Counted from the whole stretch's first letter, positions 26,533 through 40,840 are shown. The stretch is DNA of 61,431 nucleotides, filler included, from Choristocarpus tenellus KU-1152 (GCA_964200185.2; 12 parts of 12 records of this genome joined end to end with filler, not necessarily neighbours in it), one strand, 5' to 3'. Notes: a model not told the origin generated them from the sequence alone. Numbers and translations are program-made.

Positions 26533-26880
26533 AGTTTTCGTTGGTTTCCCCCTGACACATCTGCAAAATGTCAGAGGGCATAATAATATATATATAACCT
26601 CAACAATGAATGCCAGGGAGATGGGCACGGAGGGGTTTTTTTGGATTCTTGGGATGCTCCCCTAGCTCTCCCCACCGTAATGACAGGAAGGCAGTAACAC
26701 AATATTGATCGCGGTGAAGTAACTGATTAGGGGCATAATAATAATATTAGTGGTTTTCGCACAGTGTTTTATAGTGTTTTCACATTTATGATATTTTATT
26801 TAATTAGGTCTTACTGACATATGTATAGTTTTAATTTGTTTTCCTTTGACACATCTGCAAAATGTCAGAGGGCATAATAC
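26533..26880 (+). mobile_element. Two tandem family S copies: 3' end 26533-26587 and a longer copy at about 26612-26880
   Basis: The body (CAGGGAGATGGGCA...TTGGATTCTTGGGATG...ACAGGAAGGCAGTA) aligns to 46725-46930 and 58602-58850; both copies end in the stem-loop plus GGGCATAATA. Confidence 0.8.
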
Positions 26881-27681
26881 TTGTAGAGTGGGCGTTAAGT
26901 AGATTATGTTGTAGAGATGTGTAGATAGTTTCAGAATAGTTTGCATTATACAAAACGAAATTAATAAATATTGTCGTATATTGAAAGATCTAAGGATATT
27001 TCCAGAATAGTTTGTTGAGTGGCTGTGTATGGTATGAAGTATGAATTATACTTCGACTTCTAAAACCAAAGAGAGAAAGGAAAGAGGGAAAGGGAGAGAG
27101 TGGGTTTTGAAAATATGAGCATTCAAGACAAGACTCCTCTACCTCTCTCTAATCCAAGCCATTAACCCTCAACTACAACGTAATCACACCAGGAGGAACT
27201 GATGATGCAACCTCCGTTGTTATGAAGGTGAAATGCATGGAGTGAGGATGTATGGTAGATTGGAGCTTGATCGGATTGGTGGCCTGTTGTTGAATTAGAT
27301 AGCGATAGTGAGTTGTACATCATGTGACGAATGCTCCTGAGTATCGAACCAGTCTTGCCGAGTGATTGGTTGTTGAAATAAGTATGCACTAATGAACATT
27401 CTACTAGTTGAGTTCTCATTGTGCTCATAGTAATATGATTGGTCATGATGTGTAGTTGTGTATTTTTTATTCTAGCGGCTTCCTTTAAGTGTCTTGTTTC
27501 AGATATTGATGAACTTGTTGGCGTTCCATAGTGTAGAGGGTACTGTAGATGGCAATGAGATGTAATTCACAGTCCGAAGTCCAACGCATCTTCCTCCAGA
27601 TCATGCACTCAACAAGCACACGCCTTAACTATTCATATATTCTCTTTCCAAGGGAGCATTTTTTGGGCAGGCTGAGTCACC

Positions 27682-30600
27682 ATGTCGCATCCGCCTACCG
27701 AATGGGAGCGTACTGGGACTGCCGATGAAGTGGTGGTGATGGTCTCCGCATTCCACCACTCGCTGATACTATTGACTGCGGTACATCTCCTGTGGACCCG
27801 AAAGTGGCCTCCATGTGCGCCAACTCACTTCTAGAATATACGAAAAACTCATCCTTTGTCATAGGTCATTCCAATCTTCTTGACTTCAACGCTCTCAACT
27901 ATTTTATGAACTTTTTTTAGTTCAGTCTAATCGAGTTCAACGGTTCAACCAACGCACCTCTCACCCGCTCCCTACTTCGCTTCGCTACCTCATAGGTCTC
28001 GCTAACCTTTCCATGTGGCTAAGTTGCTCAAAAACCCAACCTATTCCCAGTATGTGGCTAAGTTGCTCAAAAACCCAACCTATTCCCAGTATGTGGATGA
28101 GGTAGTACAATGTATACAACGCTCATCCCCCATCGAAGTTCCGTTCCTATCTTCCCATCACATTACTCTGCGTCTATGACTAGCATTTTTTGCTTCTTTC
28201 CCGTGCTGATTTTTCTAACATTTCAGATATTGTTAAAAACGCCACAATGATATCTGCTGTGGGGATAGCCGGTACACTATGGGCTTATATGGCAATGTTC
28301 AGTTATGGTATCTACAAAAGGGAGTCAGGTGATCTCATGGCGAACTGCGATCTCGAGGCATTTATCCTGTGGTCAACTACTGGTATTTTAACAAATACGT
28401 CCTTTCTACGAATATATCGCCAGTGGAAGCTTCTTTGCTGTTACGATCGGAGAATGTGGCCGACTAAGGTATTCATCGGTTAAATGCGTGCGTATGCATC
28501 ACCCACAGTGTTGAGATAGATCGGTGTATTGCGGATAATGAAGTAGCAGATATCACGACATGTTGATGAAACACACTATTTGTTATCAAAAATTTCGAAG
28601 TCACATTCCACCTTCAGCTTATTCAGCAAATGGGTATCACACCTTTACCATGAAAACTAATATTGTTGTATCCTGATCACCTTGACCTCGTTGAGACGAA
28701 TTTGTTGAGACTTGAATCTCACCATTGACAAGGGCCCCTGCCTATGTTCTTGTCGTGTTTCCAGTATCAACTACTTCTCCTGATGGTACCCTTCATGGTA
28801 CCTAACGTGGTCTACCTCATCGACCCTGGCCTAACAACCTTCGATTACGATACACAGGTTTGTTTTTTGCTAGTGCCCCTTTTTGTTGCCGAACTTGGTT
28901 TTATTTTGTAGTCAGAATAGGTGTGAATTTATTGACTCGGTTTATGTCTCATATAGGCTGTTTTCACCCACCTAACGGTGCGCTTCATGCGCTTAGTTGG
29001 AAGAGTCAAGGTCACACTATATTGACCTGATGTTCCATCAGGTTGATATATGTATTGTTGGGACCTGAGCTGACAGTGCAGGGGGTTGTGGGTGAATAAG
29101 AACTGTTGTGAACACGGAAGAAACAAGTCAATGCTGACAATCAATTGAACAAGCACTTCCATCTCAAGCATAAAGTAAATCATTGACACCCCGCCATGGC
29201 CTGACCTCACACACACCGGCAGGCATGCAAGAGCAGTGTGTCCAATATCATCACACCAGCAGTTAACCTCTGGATGTTGATACTGCTTATCACAGCATTG
29301 TGTTTAGTGTGTATGATGCGTCATCTTCGAAGGCAGTTGAATGAGTTCAATACCATCTGCAGGGTGGCTATTTTTCTTGTTGGTGGTCTTGTGACATTTG
29401 CTTTTGTGTTGGTAGTTTTTGATGATGAGCAGGCGCTGCAACGGCGTTTAGTTGTGGTGGTGGGTGGGGTGCTTAATGGCTTGCTCTTTTGGACCCCTTC
29501 GTACCAAGCAGTTTGGGGATACTTCACCAAAGATGAGGTAAGAAGTGCCAATCCCACTCAGTATTTTTTCTTACCAAAACAACGTGCAGAGTGAAAAGCT
29601 GCACCTAATTCCCAGCTGAAGGTGTGTTGAGCACCAGAGTCACCCATAAGTACATGGCCCTTCAGGTGTTATTTTGAAATGTCACCTGGCAACAAGAAAG
29701 GCCTGGGTTGCTGTTTTCGCCAGCGAATACTGGCACCTCCCCTGTGACATGACCACACCTGGTTGGAAGTCATTGCGCCTTCTTTCTCTTGCTCTGCAGT
29801 AATATCTCGTTGACCCTGTAAAAATTCTTCTGTAACCAAAGGCATTTCTGGAGATGTACACACACGGATTCTTTATGCTGCCAACTCCAGCACAATTACG
29901 TGCATCCCTGGCAGACAAGCTGACCATTGAAGAGTTGAGGGTTGAATTTTTGCGCTACACAAGGGCACGTGCAGCTGATGAACTGGTTGAATTTTACTCT
30001 GATGTTCTGGATCGCGACACTGTGGAGGACTACTTTGAGCGGCAAGCAGTAACAATGAGGATGATTGACCTCTACATCAAGCCAGGGGCAGTATGTGAGG
30101 TGTGGATTTTTGCTCTGTTTTGTTTCACCAGGTACATATTTTATTTTCTGATGATAGGTCTGACGCCTGATATTTTTTCAGTTTCAGTATTCTGGGAAAG
30201 GAGGAAAGTTTCAGCGTAGATCTTTCACACAAGGTGGATGCTACTTTCACCGTTAATGTTTCTGACGCCTTCTTTTCACACCTGGAGATACTGTTTATGC
30301 CATCAGCAAACACTTTTTTGAATTGGATATACTCAATATACCCTCTTTTCTGTTTTGGAAGTCAGGGGTAGGCACTGAGTCTGGAAAAACATTTGTAATT
30401 TTTCTAGGGGGGACTAGGTGGCTCAATTCAAACAGAAAGCTGATGGCAGGTTGGTTGTGTATGTCTCACCCCAGCGTGTGGATACATCCGCTCAAATATT
30501 GTTCGCCTCCACACCACATGTGTCGGTGGATAAATTCTGGATTTGTTTCTAGTCACATATAGTAGCTGCAGTTAGAGTTGATGGAAATATTTGAAGATGC

Positions 30601-30916
30601 TTACACATGCAAACATCAAACAAAATGTAGTGTTTCAAGTACATCTTGGGAGGCATTGCTTGAATCCTATGTCAAGTTTCCTACACATCTCCTTGTAGCT
30701 ATTACGTTCAATTTTTGTTTTTTGTTGTTGGCTTTATCCCAAACTGGATGCTGTGTTGATCATGAATGAATACGCAACCTCATGATGTCAAAGTCACTGT
30801 CTTTGTTGGAGCAGGTGAATATCAGCGGCAATTGCAGGAATAGAATACTCAATTCGGAGGTGACAAGATTGGACATATTTGAAGAATCACGAATTGAGGT
30901 CCTCAGGCTCCTGGAG
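27682..30916 (+). CDS. Seven-transmembrane RGS-domain protein (7TM-RGS, AtRGS1-like architecture); last exon missing
   Basis: Exons 27682-27814, 28227-28468, 28765-28857, 29223-29537, 29842-30099 and 30815-30916, phase-consistent from the ATG. Seven hydrophobic segments are followed by an RGS box (EFLRYTRARAADELVEFY...IDLYIKPGAVCEVNISGNCRNRI...IFEESRIEVLRLLE). Confidence 0.88.
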
Positions 30917-32497
30917 GTACTTGTGCTCCTTCACAGATGATTGCTCATTTTTTCCCACCACCTAGAGACATGTTGGGATAGAGTATTTGGAACATACAAA
31001 CACTCAGCTATAAAGTTGCAAGAGCAGATAGATATTGGTCTTAACGAATATCAAGATTATAAAAAAACTGACTTATTTGAGATTCTTACGATTCCTTTTA
31101 GAAGAAATAATTAATCTTTATTGCTAATGAGTAGACAAAATAAGGTTGCAATCCACAAATAGCAGCATAACCACCAGCTTTGCCACATATTGAAAGAGAC
31201 CATCGATATAATGGAGAATGTGCTAAAACACGCATAACCTGCTTACAAATGGTGTGATACAGATTATATTACTCTTGCCCCCTGACCAGCCTTGACATGC
31301 CNNNNNNNNNNNNNNNNNNNNNNNNNNNNNNNNNNNNNNNNNNNNTTAATTAATTAANNNNNNNNNNNNNNNNNNNNNNNNNNNNNNNNNNNNNNNNNNN
31401 NACATGGATTTGTGGTGTGGGGGGGGAGGGGAGTGAGATGAAACTGAAAAGTGCCTGTAGACATCAGAGTAGGAACAATGTCAAGAGAATGTGACACAAT
31501 GTCAAGAGAATGTCACGCAAACGGGGAAAAGAAAGTGTAATATATAAACAAGGCAAGCTTGCATATTTCAATTCAAAATCAATCCGTTCCTGTTCATTTG
31601 ATTTAATTTGATAAAATTTAATATTTAATTCAATATTAAATTTAATTTCACCCACCAGGCACATTGAATGCCTTCCACCTCCCTAACTCTCCTTGCACTC
31701 AATGCTCAAACTTACCACAAATAATTCAACACTCTTTTTTTTCAATGCAAAGAACCTCTCGGTGAGCAAATCTTTTTTTTTTTCACTAGAAAAAATAAAA
31801 ATAAATATTAAAGCAGATCATCTCATCACTAAATAAAAATATGTACCAGCTTCAATGTGTCAGGTACTCACTCTCACTCCCCCCTCACTCCCCCCCCCCC
31901 TCCCCTTAACACCACCATTTGCAATTGGAACTATTCCACAAGACCTCGGAACAATAAAAATATGAAAAGCACTGACTACAACAGTCCCCAAGTCAGATAG
32001 ATGATAGATCTCAGAGGAGAAACAAACAAGACCTTGGACAACACATTCAAACCCCTTTTCAGTTCTATCCTCTTCGCTTCACAAACAACTTCAACCACCA
32101 TCGAAATAAATAAATATATATATGTATGATATATTTACATACTATGTATTCTGTGCATTCCACCATGAAAACACTTTTAATACCTTGTTTTTCAAAAATA
32201 AAAATAAACCATGAAAATACACCAGAGATTTCACCGATACTCATGGGGACTCTGATGATGAGGTTAAACTGTTGCCAAACAGGTTGAAGTGTTGTCAAAG
32301 TCCACATCTCTACGTCAATGGAGATGTAAAAATAAGAAAAAAAAGAGGAGGCATCCAAATATATATAATAATAATAATAATAATAACAATAATAATACTT
32401 ACACTATGATATAAACATTAAAATTATCGACTCTTTCATAACCTTACAACTCCTTTTCTGTCAAAATCTTCATTTTGAGGTATCGCTGTCCCAAACC

Positions 32498-32750
32498 AAC
32501 ATAACATAGCATGACATGACATAACATAGCATGGCATGACATAACATGACATAACATGATATAACAAAACATAACATGGCATGATATAACATAACAAAAA
32601 TAACATGGCACGACATAGCATGACATAACTTAACATGACATAACATAGCATGACATAACTTAACATGACATGACATGACATGACATGACAGCCATCGTAC
32701 ACAGGACTACCACCATACTGTCATGTAATGTCATGTCATGTCATGTCCCT
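32498..32750. repeat. Pentanucleotide-derived (CATAA/CATGA)n microsatellite
   Basis: Seen directly. Confidence 0.9.
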
Positions 32751-33190
32751 GTGGTACAGTGGCATCTCAATATCTCGACAAAATCATACAAAACACACCT
32801 CACCTGACTGCCTTACAAACTACTTACCATACGACTACTGAAGAATAAAAAAATAAGTGATTTGTCCAGAGGGGAATGAAGGAGAATGAAGGGCGCCCAC
32901 TTAGGGAGGCAGAAGGGACACACCCATAGTGGGGTAACAACATGACAACCCAACAAAAAAATCCTGAGATAACACTTCTTTTTTTTTACTACCCTCTTGG
33001 GGCATTAGTTCTGTGTCAGACAGCTGCCTAACCAGTATAATACAAAGACTACTGCAATACTTCGATATCATGACATCGCCTTCCATATAATACCCCTTCC
33101 TCATCTCCATAATATATGTACAGTCAGTATCATGCACGAGGCAATCAGCCCTTCAAAATCCAACCAGCTCTTCAAGAGTCAACGTTTCAC

Positions 33191-36032
33191 CTCCCCAGAT
33201 GAACCTCCAACCCCTGCTGCAACAAGAGATCGCAGCAAGTCTCTCCTGTTAGAACACTCCAAGCTCAGGCGGGGCAGTGAGGCCGCATCAGCTTCTTTTG
33301 CTCCAGATATTCCTCCAAGGATAGCACTAATGATTCTGCATTAAAAGCAAATATTAAAAGCAAATATCATCAGATTCTTAGTTGGTGAATCTAGTTGATA
33401 CACAGTTACATCATATCAAATATCAACAAATTCTTAGTTGGTAAATCCAGTTGATGCACAGTTACATCATATCAAATATCAACAAATTCTTAACATTGTG
33501 GTCATCAACAAATTCTCGCATAAATGCATAATAATGCAATAATAATAGTAACAGTAATGAAATAAAAAATAAAGTTCTACCACTATTTTCTATCTTCTAG
33601 CGGTGAATTAACTTATCCATGCCTCACTGTAATACTGCAGATGTTACCAAGGGGGAAGGAAACCTAACCCTAACCCTAACCCTATCCCTAACCACAACCC
33701 TGACCCTAAGAGTGCACGGAGATAATTAAACCAGGTTAGCGACAGAGTCTGCATCAGTTACAACAAAGATATTTCCATATCAAAGCAAGCAAGTGGTAAC
33801 ATACAGTTACAATTTCTTTTTCTTCAAATCTAAAATGAAAAAGAAAATCTACCACAATAAAAATAAAAAAGTAGCGCCAGACGAACCTCAAAGAAATTTC
33901 ATCAGGACGGAGGAAAAAGACTAAGTGTCGGAAACAATCAATATCTTATTATTGTTATTTCTAGTACTAGTCGTCATCACATTAGGGTTAGGGTTAGGGC
34001 TAGGGTTAGGGCTAGGGCTAGGGTTAGGGTCATCCCAAACCCGTTGATGAAGAGGAAACAACCATGCACAGTACTGAACACCCTTTATAGTTACAGTTAC
34101 AAAATGGCTCAATAGCACAGTACTGAACACCTTTATAGTTACAGTTACAAAATGACTCAATAGCACAGTACTGAACACCCTTTATAGTTACAGTTACAAA
34201 ATGACTCAATAGGTGCCGGTGTCAATCATCAGAGGAAATACTCAAGTCCAATAAAAAAATATACTCTACATTATTATTTCTTCTTTGAAAAAACATACAT
34301 ATATATTTATAGAAATGAAACAATATTATACACGTTGTCTATGCTTACTGATTCTCCATTCAATAAATCGACCAAACCACCAGCAACATAGATAATAATA
34401 ATAATAATAATAATAATAAAATTGTACAACAAAACTCCACCGTATTCATAAAACAAAACAACAAATAAAATAATAATAACAAATAATAATAATAATAATA
34501 ATAAAATTGTACAACAAAACTCCACCGTATTCATAAAACAAAACAACAAATAAAATAATAATAATAATAATAATAATAACAATAATAAGTAGCAGACTAA
34601 CCCTGATGATCGTCGAGCCGTGCTGTCACCCTCTGAGGTAGCAGCAGAAGCCTCTCTTGCAGCATATGCAAACGCCTCATCAAGCACTGTGAGCTCCTCC
34701 TCTGGGGAGAGCAGGCACCGAGCAGAGACATGACCTCGTCGTTTGACATACAAGTGTGCCTTTGGCATGTGACATCACACACATACACACATTCAACAGC
34801 AGGAAGAGGAGGAGGGTAGTGACCACAAACGAAAAACAGATCAAATTTGGGAGTAAAACAGCGCATGCACTGTTTTAACAGATCAAATATGTTTCAGTGA
34901 GAACATCAAGAGCACCAATATCGTTCCACACAAAGCACTGATATGGTGATTACGGTGTTAACAAAACATATCCCTAACCCTATCTGTAGGAACTACCCTA
35001 ACCCTAACTCTGACCCGATAAAGTTGAGACATGATAGCATAACCCTAACCCTATTCGTGGAGTGTGTATCTGTACAGGGTTAGGGTTAGGGTTAGGGATA
35101 TGTTTTTCAGAAAAAAAAGGCGACAGGGGAATAGGCCTACTCCTGGAATATAGACTATGCCGTAAGTCAAGTATGGACAGTTCCATACCTAACTCACATA
35201 CCACTTCAGTGACCAAGGAGAATCTCTCCGGATAGGCCACTTTGGTTCTATGAACTTTTTTATTGTTCTCCTCCCACTACATGCTGTACACATATCTACA
35301 AGACTTGAATACACTTATCTACAAGACAAGACTTGAACGTAACCATACACTTGAAAAAAATAAAACAAGATACTACATCGCATGCCAGTAAATTATTACA
35401 TATTTATATGATTACATGACTATCTGACTAAATAATTAAATGATTAAACAATTTGCACTTTTGCATTAACAATTCGGAGAGGAGACAAAATAACTGAATC
35501 CGTAACATAGTTTTTTATTGTTATCATGGTGCCCTCTGATCACCTCTCTTTTCCTACTTACACTGAACTAGCCCACAACAAACGCCTTCCCATATATTAT
35601 TGGAAAATAAAAAAATACGATCCAGAACAAGCGCCACACAATACACCTCTCCTTACAAAAAAAAACAGATAGTACACCCAGCAGGCAAACTTACCAAACG
35701 CCTTCGAACCCAATACAAAATACAAAATACACAATACAAAATACACAATACAAATAAATCAAATCAAATCACAGAGCTTATAATACACCAACCCATACCT
35801 GTTCCAGGATATCCCAGGGCAGAACCCCCGCCATGTTGGGACAAGGAATAGAGGCAAGATTGATACGTAGTCGACATGCTACTGCATCGGGATGGTGATC
35901 GTGCTTGAGGTGACCAAGCCAGGTCAGGATGCCCGTCTCCTCCTTAGAGAGCGGCAAATCTGTCACACACCCTTCCACCATGGAGAACACCTTTGATGAT
36001 CAACAATCGGGGTCATGAGAAAAGAGCTTAAG

Positions 36033-36063
<31 letters not shown>

Positions 36064-37626
36064 TAACAATCGATATGCATCACCTTTGATGATGGCAGTG
36101 GATGCACTACCGGAATCATCCATCCCTATCCCTATCCCTAACCCTAACCCTATCAAATCACAACAGAGAAACAAAAAATATATTGCACAAAGGAAGCCCC
36201 TGCACATTTGGGACACAAACACAGAGTGAGAAAATATAAACAAATAAATATATATATATTTTTTAAATCACTCCATTGCCATCGTGCCGTAACCCTCACC
36301 TCAACCAGCTTAACAGACAAAAAATGCCTCCATTTCATATCTAAGACCATTCACCTAACATGCCATACAAAAAAAATATATGTTCAAAATGCTTCCTCCT
36401 TCCCATCCCTCTTCCCTTCCCTTCTCAAGTCGAGCCTCTTCCAAACACCAACAAGATTGACCAGTTTCACTCCCTTACAGGATATATTGGGATATATTGG
36501 GGTACTAGTAAGTGCATAACCCCTCTCTTTCTTGTCCCCCTCTCTCTAAACACATGACTGTTACCACATTTACCACAACTTGAAGACCATATATATCACT
36601 ATCCCCGCAAATTCAAAGCAGAAGATGACGACAGACACGCCACCACCCCACAANNNNNNNNNNCCTCTCTCTAAACACATGCCTGTAACCCCATTTACCA
36701 CACCTTGAACACCTTATTAATCACTCTCCCCCCCCCCCAGCCCCTCTAGAGCATGTCAAAACTAACAAAACATACCTGCTCGTACTGCGAGGCAACAAAT
36801 CGTGACATCAAAAGGTATAGTGCAGACGCCAACGAAGGCGTTGACAAGAGCCCCCCCGAGACATGGAAAGGGTACAGATGATGACGAACGCCTCCTCCAA
36901 CACACTGCAACCACCATGGGTCGCAGCGATTTAGCACAATGTCGCCGGAGAACGCCATACCCTACCATGAAAGAACCCGCAAAGGAAAAAAAGGATGAAC
37001 AAATTGTTGTTCCCAGAGGAGTTTGTAGAGAAGGGAGAGTGAAAGGGATGGTGGTGGAGGTGGTGGGGCCATAGTGGGGACTGATGGGATGGATGAGTCC
37101 TTTTTGGTTGATATGTACTTGCAACACAAAAACGTAGAATGTGTGTTGGAGCATGGGCCTCAAAAGGATTGGAAAAAGAAAAAGATTGAGAGATTTTATT
37201 AGGATTAGGGATGGGGCTTACTATGATTTTCTTGATCTGAAGTCTTATCTGACAACAATATTACAGTGTTTATGGCCTCACATTCAAAATATAAACACTG
37301 CACATGGAATACTATTAAATACAACACTTCAAATAAATCCACACACATACACACACACATACACATACACAATACATAAATATAAATAAAAATACACGTA
37401 TCAACAGGAGGCGTTATTAGATACTGCGTACTACATTGCTTTAAAAAAAAACCCCAACCAATTATCACAATAAATGAAACCAATATCTCATCACCACATC
37501 ACATATAAACGCCTGATACACTACACATAAAACATACAGGACTGTTGCCTGCTGTTCTCAAGACCATTGCCAAGTAAAGAGACAATATCTACAACCTTTA
37601 ACTCTGTTTCTTCAACAAACCTGAGA

Positions 37627-37662
<36 letters not shown>

Positions 37663-38067
37663 TTAAAATCTATTAAATACAGCTAGAACAAGTCGTTACA
37701 TATTTTGTCACCACTATCAATTTTGATGCAGAAAAAAAAAGAATACTTCCTTCCTTCAGGCATCAGTTTCAGTTTCAAAATTTTCTTCTCTCATCCATGC
37801 AATCTGTTCAAACTCATGCCTAACAAGAGCAACCAAAAAAGAATAAGAACATACATCTTCAGAACCCAATCTTTCAAGGAATCCCCCCCCCAAAAAAAAT
37901 ATGAAGTGTGTACGTATTTATGTATGTATGTATGTGTGTATATGTGTGTGTATATGTGGATGGACAGATCTTACCTTGGGTTCTGGTCTACCTGGAAGTG
38001 CTGCAGACGGAAGCAAGAGGAATCGCTCGCCTTCCCCATTCTCCAACAAAACCGACGAAGGCAGGCC
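33191..38067 (-). CDS. Internal exons of a large conserved protist protein (resembles DUF3638/DUF3645-containing proteins)
   Basis: Phase-consistent exons 38067-37975, 36961-36776, 35990-35799, 34759-34602 and 33335-33191 encode RHHLYPFHVSGGLLSTPSLASALYLLMSRFVASQYEQVFSMVEGCVTDLPLSKEE...DHHPDAVACRLRI...YVKRRGHVSARCLLSPEEEL. Exon structure is well supported; the family name is from recall and less sure. Confidence 0.65.
34067..34212. repeat. About 49-bp tandem repeat x3, intronic
   Basis: GCACAGTACTGAACACC(C)TTTATAGTTACAGTTACAAAATGRCTCAATA repeated. Confidence 0.9.
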
Positions 38068-39138
38068 CTGTTTTTTTTATTTATTACATTTCGGGGACAA
38101 CAATGCCACCGGTGGAGGAGATAAATGCAGTAGATATAATCGCTACCATAATAAAAATAATAAAACATACATATATAAATAAGAAAAAAAAATGAAAAAA
38201 AAGATAAAAACTCTCACGAAANNNNNNNNNNNNNNNNNNNNNNNNNNNNNNNNNNNNNNNNNNNNTTAATTAATTAANNNNNNNNNNNNNNNNNNNNNNN
38301 NNNNNNNNNNNNNNNNNNNNNGCAAAGAACACAACGAGTTTTTTTTCCGGCAATCGCAACACCCCCCCGGCGCCCACCCCCCCCCCCCCCCAGATACCTG
38401 ATCCTTTTCCTTTCATCTCTTCCAGGTTTTTATATTAACTAAAGAATTTTAGCTAAATCGATTCGGTTCATGCAATAAAAACATTGAACAGTTGAAATAT
38501 ATCCAGGAAAAAATGTTTTTGTGGTTGGAAACCTTACGCATTCTTTGAAGAGTTGCAATCGTATCCTCTTGGAAGAATTGACACTTCCTTATAAAATGAG
38601 TGCCTTTCTGTTGTTAGGAAGAGGCCTGTGATCCTGGTTGACCTATCATAGTGGCGATGCATCTCCATTCAACAAACAATTGCAGACTACTCCTCCAACA
38701 CACGTTCGGAGACCTTACAAAAAAATGCTGTGGTATTAATTTTGCATACTTCAAAGTTGATAATGACGAAAAAATAAGTGATTTGCGATTTGACAAACTG
38801 CCACGACATCGAGAAGGAAACAGGCCAAGTGATAGCTAGGTGTGCCTCGAGGGTACAAAGGGTATTTTTCCAGGACGCACATGATACAACATTTTCATTC
38901 AGTTTAACTCAAAGAATCAGTAAGGTACTTGGTTACCCTAAGTGCTGGCACATACAACTCGTGGTGGGGATTAGGGGTCCATAAAGTACAGAGCTCCAAA
39001 AAATGGTGAAAGGTATACTATATGCTTTGAAGTAGTTACGTAGGAGTATATTAACTCTTCTGCGCTTATGGATTGTTGTGTAAGTTTCCTTGATTTGTTT
39101 TTATTAATTCTCCTCCCCTTTTTTCTTACTTCTTTACC

Positions 39139-39307
39139 GACCCAAAGTATCTGGGGAGGGGGGGGGGTCTACACCAGGGTGTCCATTTGAACCAAAATCA
39201 GGAAACGTGTATTTCATTATCCATCGGACGTACGCAGCCAAATTACAAAAAATCGCGACATGAAAAAATTGACCCCAAACGGACAGCTGCCACCCCCCCT
39301 CAGATAA
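39139..39307. mobile_element. MITE family A (about 170 bp)
   Basis: Starts CCCAAAGTATCTGGGG and ends CCCCCTCAGATA; colinear with 40841-41016. Confidence 0.8.
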
Positions 39308-40840
39308 TATAAGCCACCTTTAGAAAGACGAAAGGTGCTATGCAGTGTGGGGGGTTTTATGCTCTCCTTGGGTGTTACCTTTCTTTCTGATCACATGGTT
39401 CCGAGCATGTTGTATGCTGCATTTTCTTGATAAGAGTATGTCCAGAAATACACTCAGTCAGGCATCAATACATCATGTGCCAAACTATTAATAGTGTGTG
39501 TGTCCATGACTACATCGGATGATATTAACTCAAGTACATTGTACATCCTTTGAAGTATATACAAGTAGCCCAACGAGTGTATCTATTTAGTAGTGCCAAT
39601 ATGCTCTGGGGGTACTAACCTTGCATGATTGCACTTTGTGATAAACATCATTTTCGTGGGAGCACTGCAACAAATGCAGCTGGCTGCCACTGAACAAGGT
39701 GTATTGTAAACACACAGTTGTGTTGTTAGTCGTACAATATGTGTATTTTCTATTGAAATTGAGTACTCGCTACAGGGCTGACTCCCGCACTGTTCAAAGC
39801 ACTTGCATGACCAAAAGGAAATTGTTAGGTGAACAGGTCATGTATATATATTGATCGTCAGTCAGGAGCATGGCAGTGCTGCACCCATAGAATTGATCCT
39901 CGACTAGAAGATCCCTTCCCATTACGCAGCCATCTGTAACATGACATCACACTCTACCTGAAGCCTATGTCTCTATCCTGAGGGAGGAATTATTCAACAC
40001 AAAAACATACAACCGGTGATCGAGCCTCTTCTGTTGCTTGCACTTGATGGGAAAACCAAAAATACTGCTGCATCGTACCTACTCTATGGAGTGTCTTGCA
40101 CAACGAAACCAAACCAAGCAATAAACGATTGTCGCTGCTGCACCTATACATCATGTTCTCTCGGTTTCATATATCAATGTTACATAAAAAAAAATCAAAT
40201 CAACCACTAGCTGGGGAACCCCTTGCATCATGTGTCATGCCTCCGCAATAAAACATCAAGTACGTACGCAAACGATCAATCAACACAGAGTGTACGTTGG
40301 TTTGATACAGAGCATCCTACGAAAAGAGGAAAATGAGCATCAAAATAGTGGAGAAACCGAAAAATATGCAAATAATATCTCAAAGTTGTGCTCATGCTAC
40401 TGCAATATTTGCCCATTCCAAAAGATCACTATCTTCCCCTCCCAAAACATGAGCCTTTGCCCAGAGTTTGGGGCATTCACAAATGCCCTCCATGCACATA
40501 TCAGAACTGATCAAAGGGCCTTCATATCCATCCTCTCGCAAAGTAGAGTTCATGCTTATTGTATGCGTACCATATCATAGCATATGAACTTGATATTGAT
40601 ACATGAATAGATAGAGTCCGAAAAAAATGTCAAACATCAGCAAAACGTCAGTGAGTATGACCATTTTTTGATATCATGGGCTGGATTAATTAATCTATTC
40701 CACGCTAATTGACAATGTCTCACAATAGAGCAGTCGTCCGGAGGCGATGCATCCTTTTCAGTGAATGAAGCGTCAAGGATCAGCGTGTTCCTCGACAAAA
40801 TACCACATAGGAAATCCCCCAACCACTCATGCTTTCCGAG

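Noticed and set aside
36520-36725. Direct repeat across a small N gap
   Set aside because: Probably a scaffolding overlap or low-quality read end
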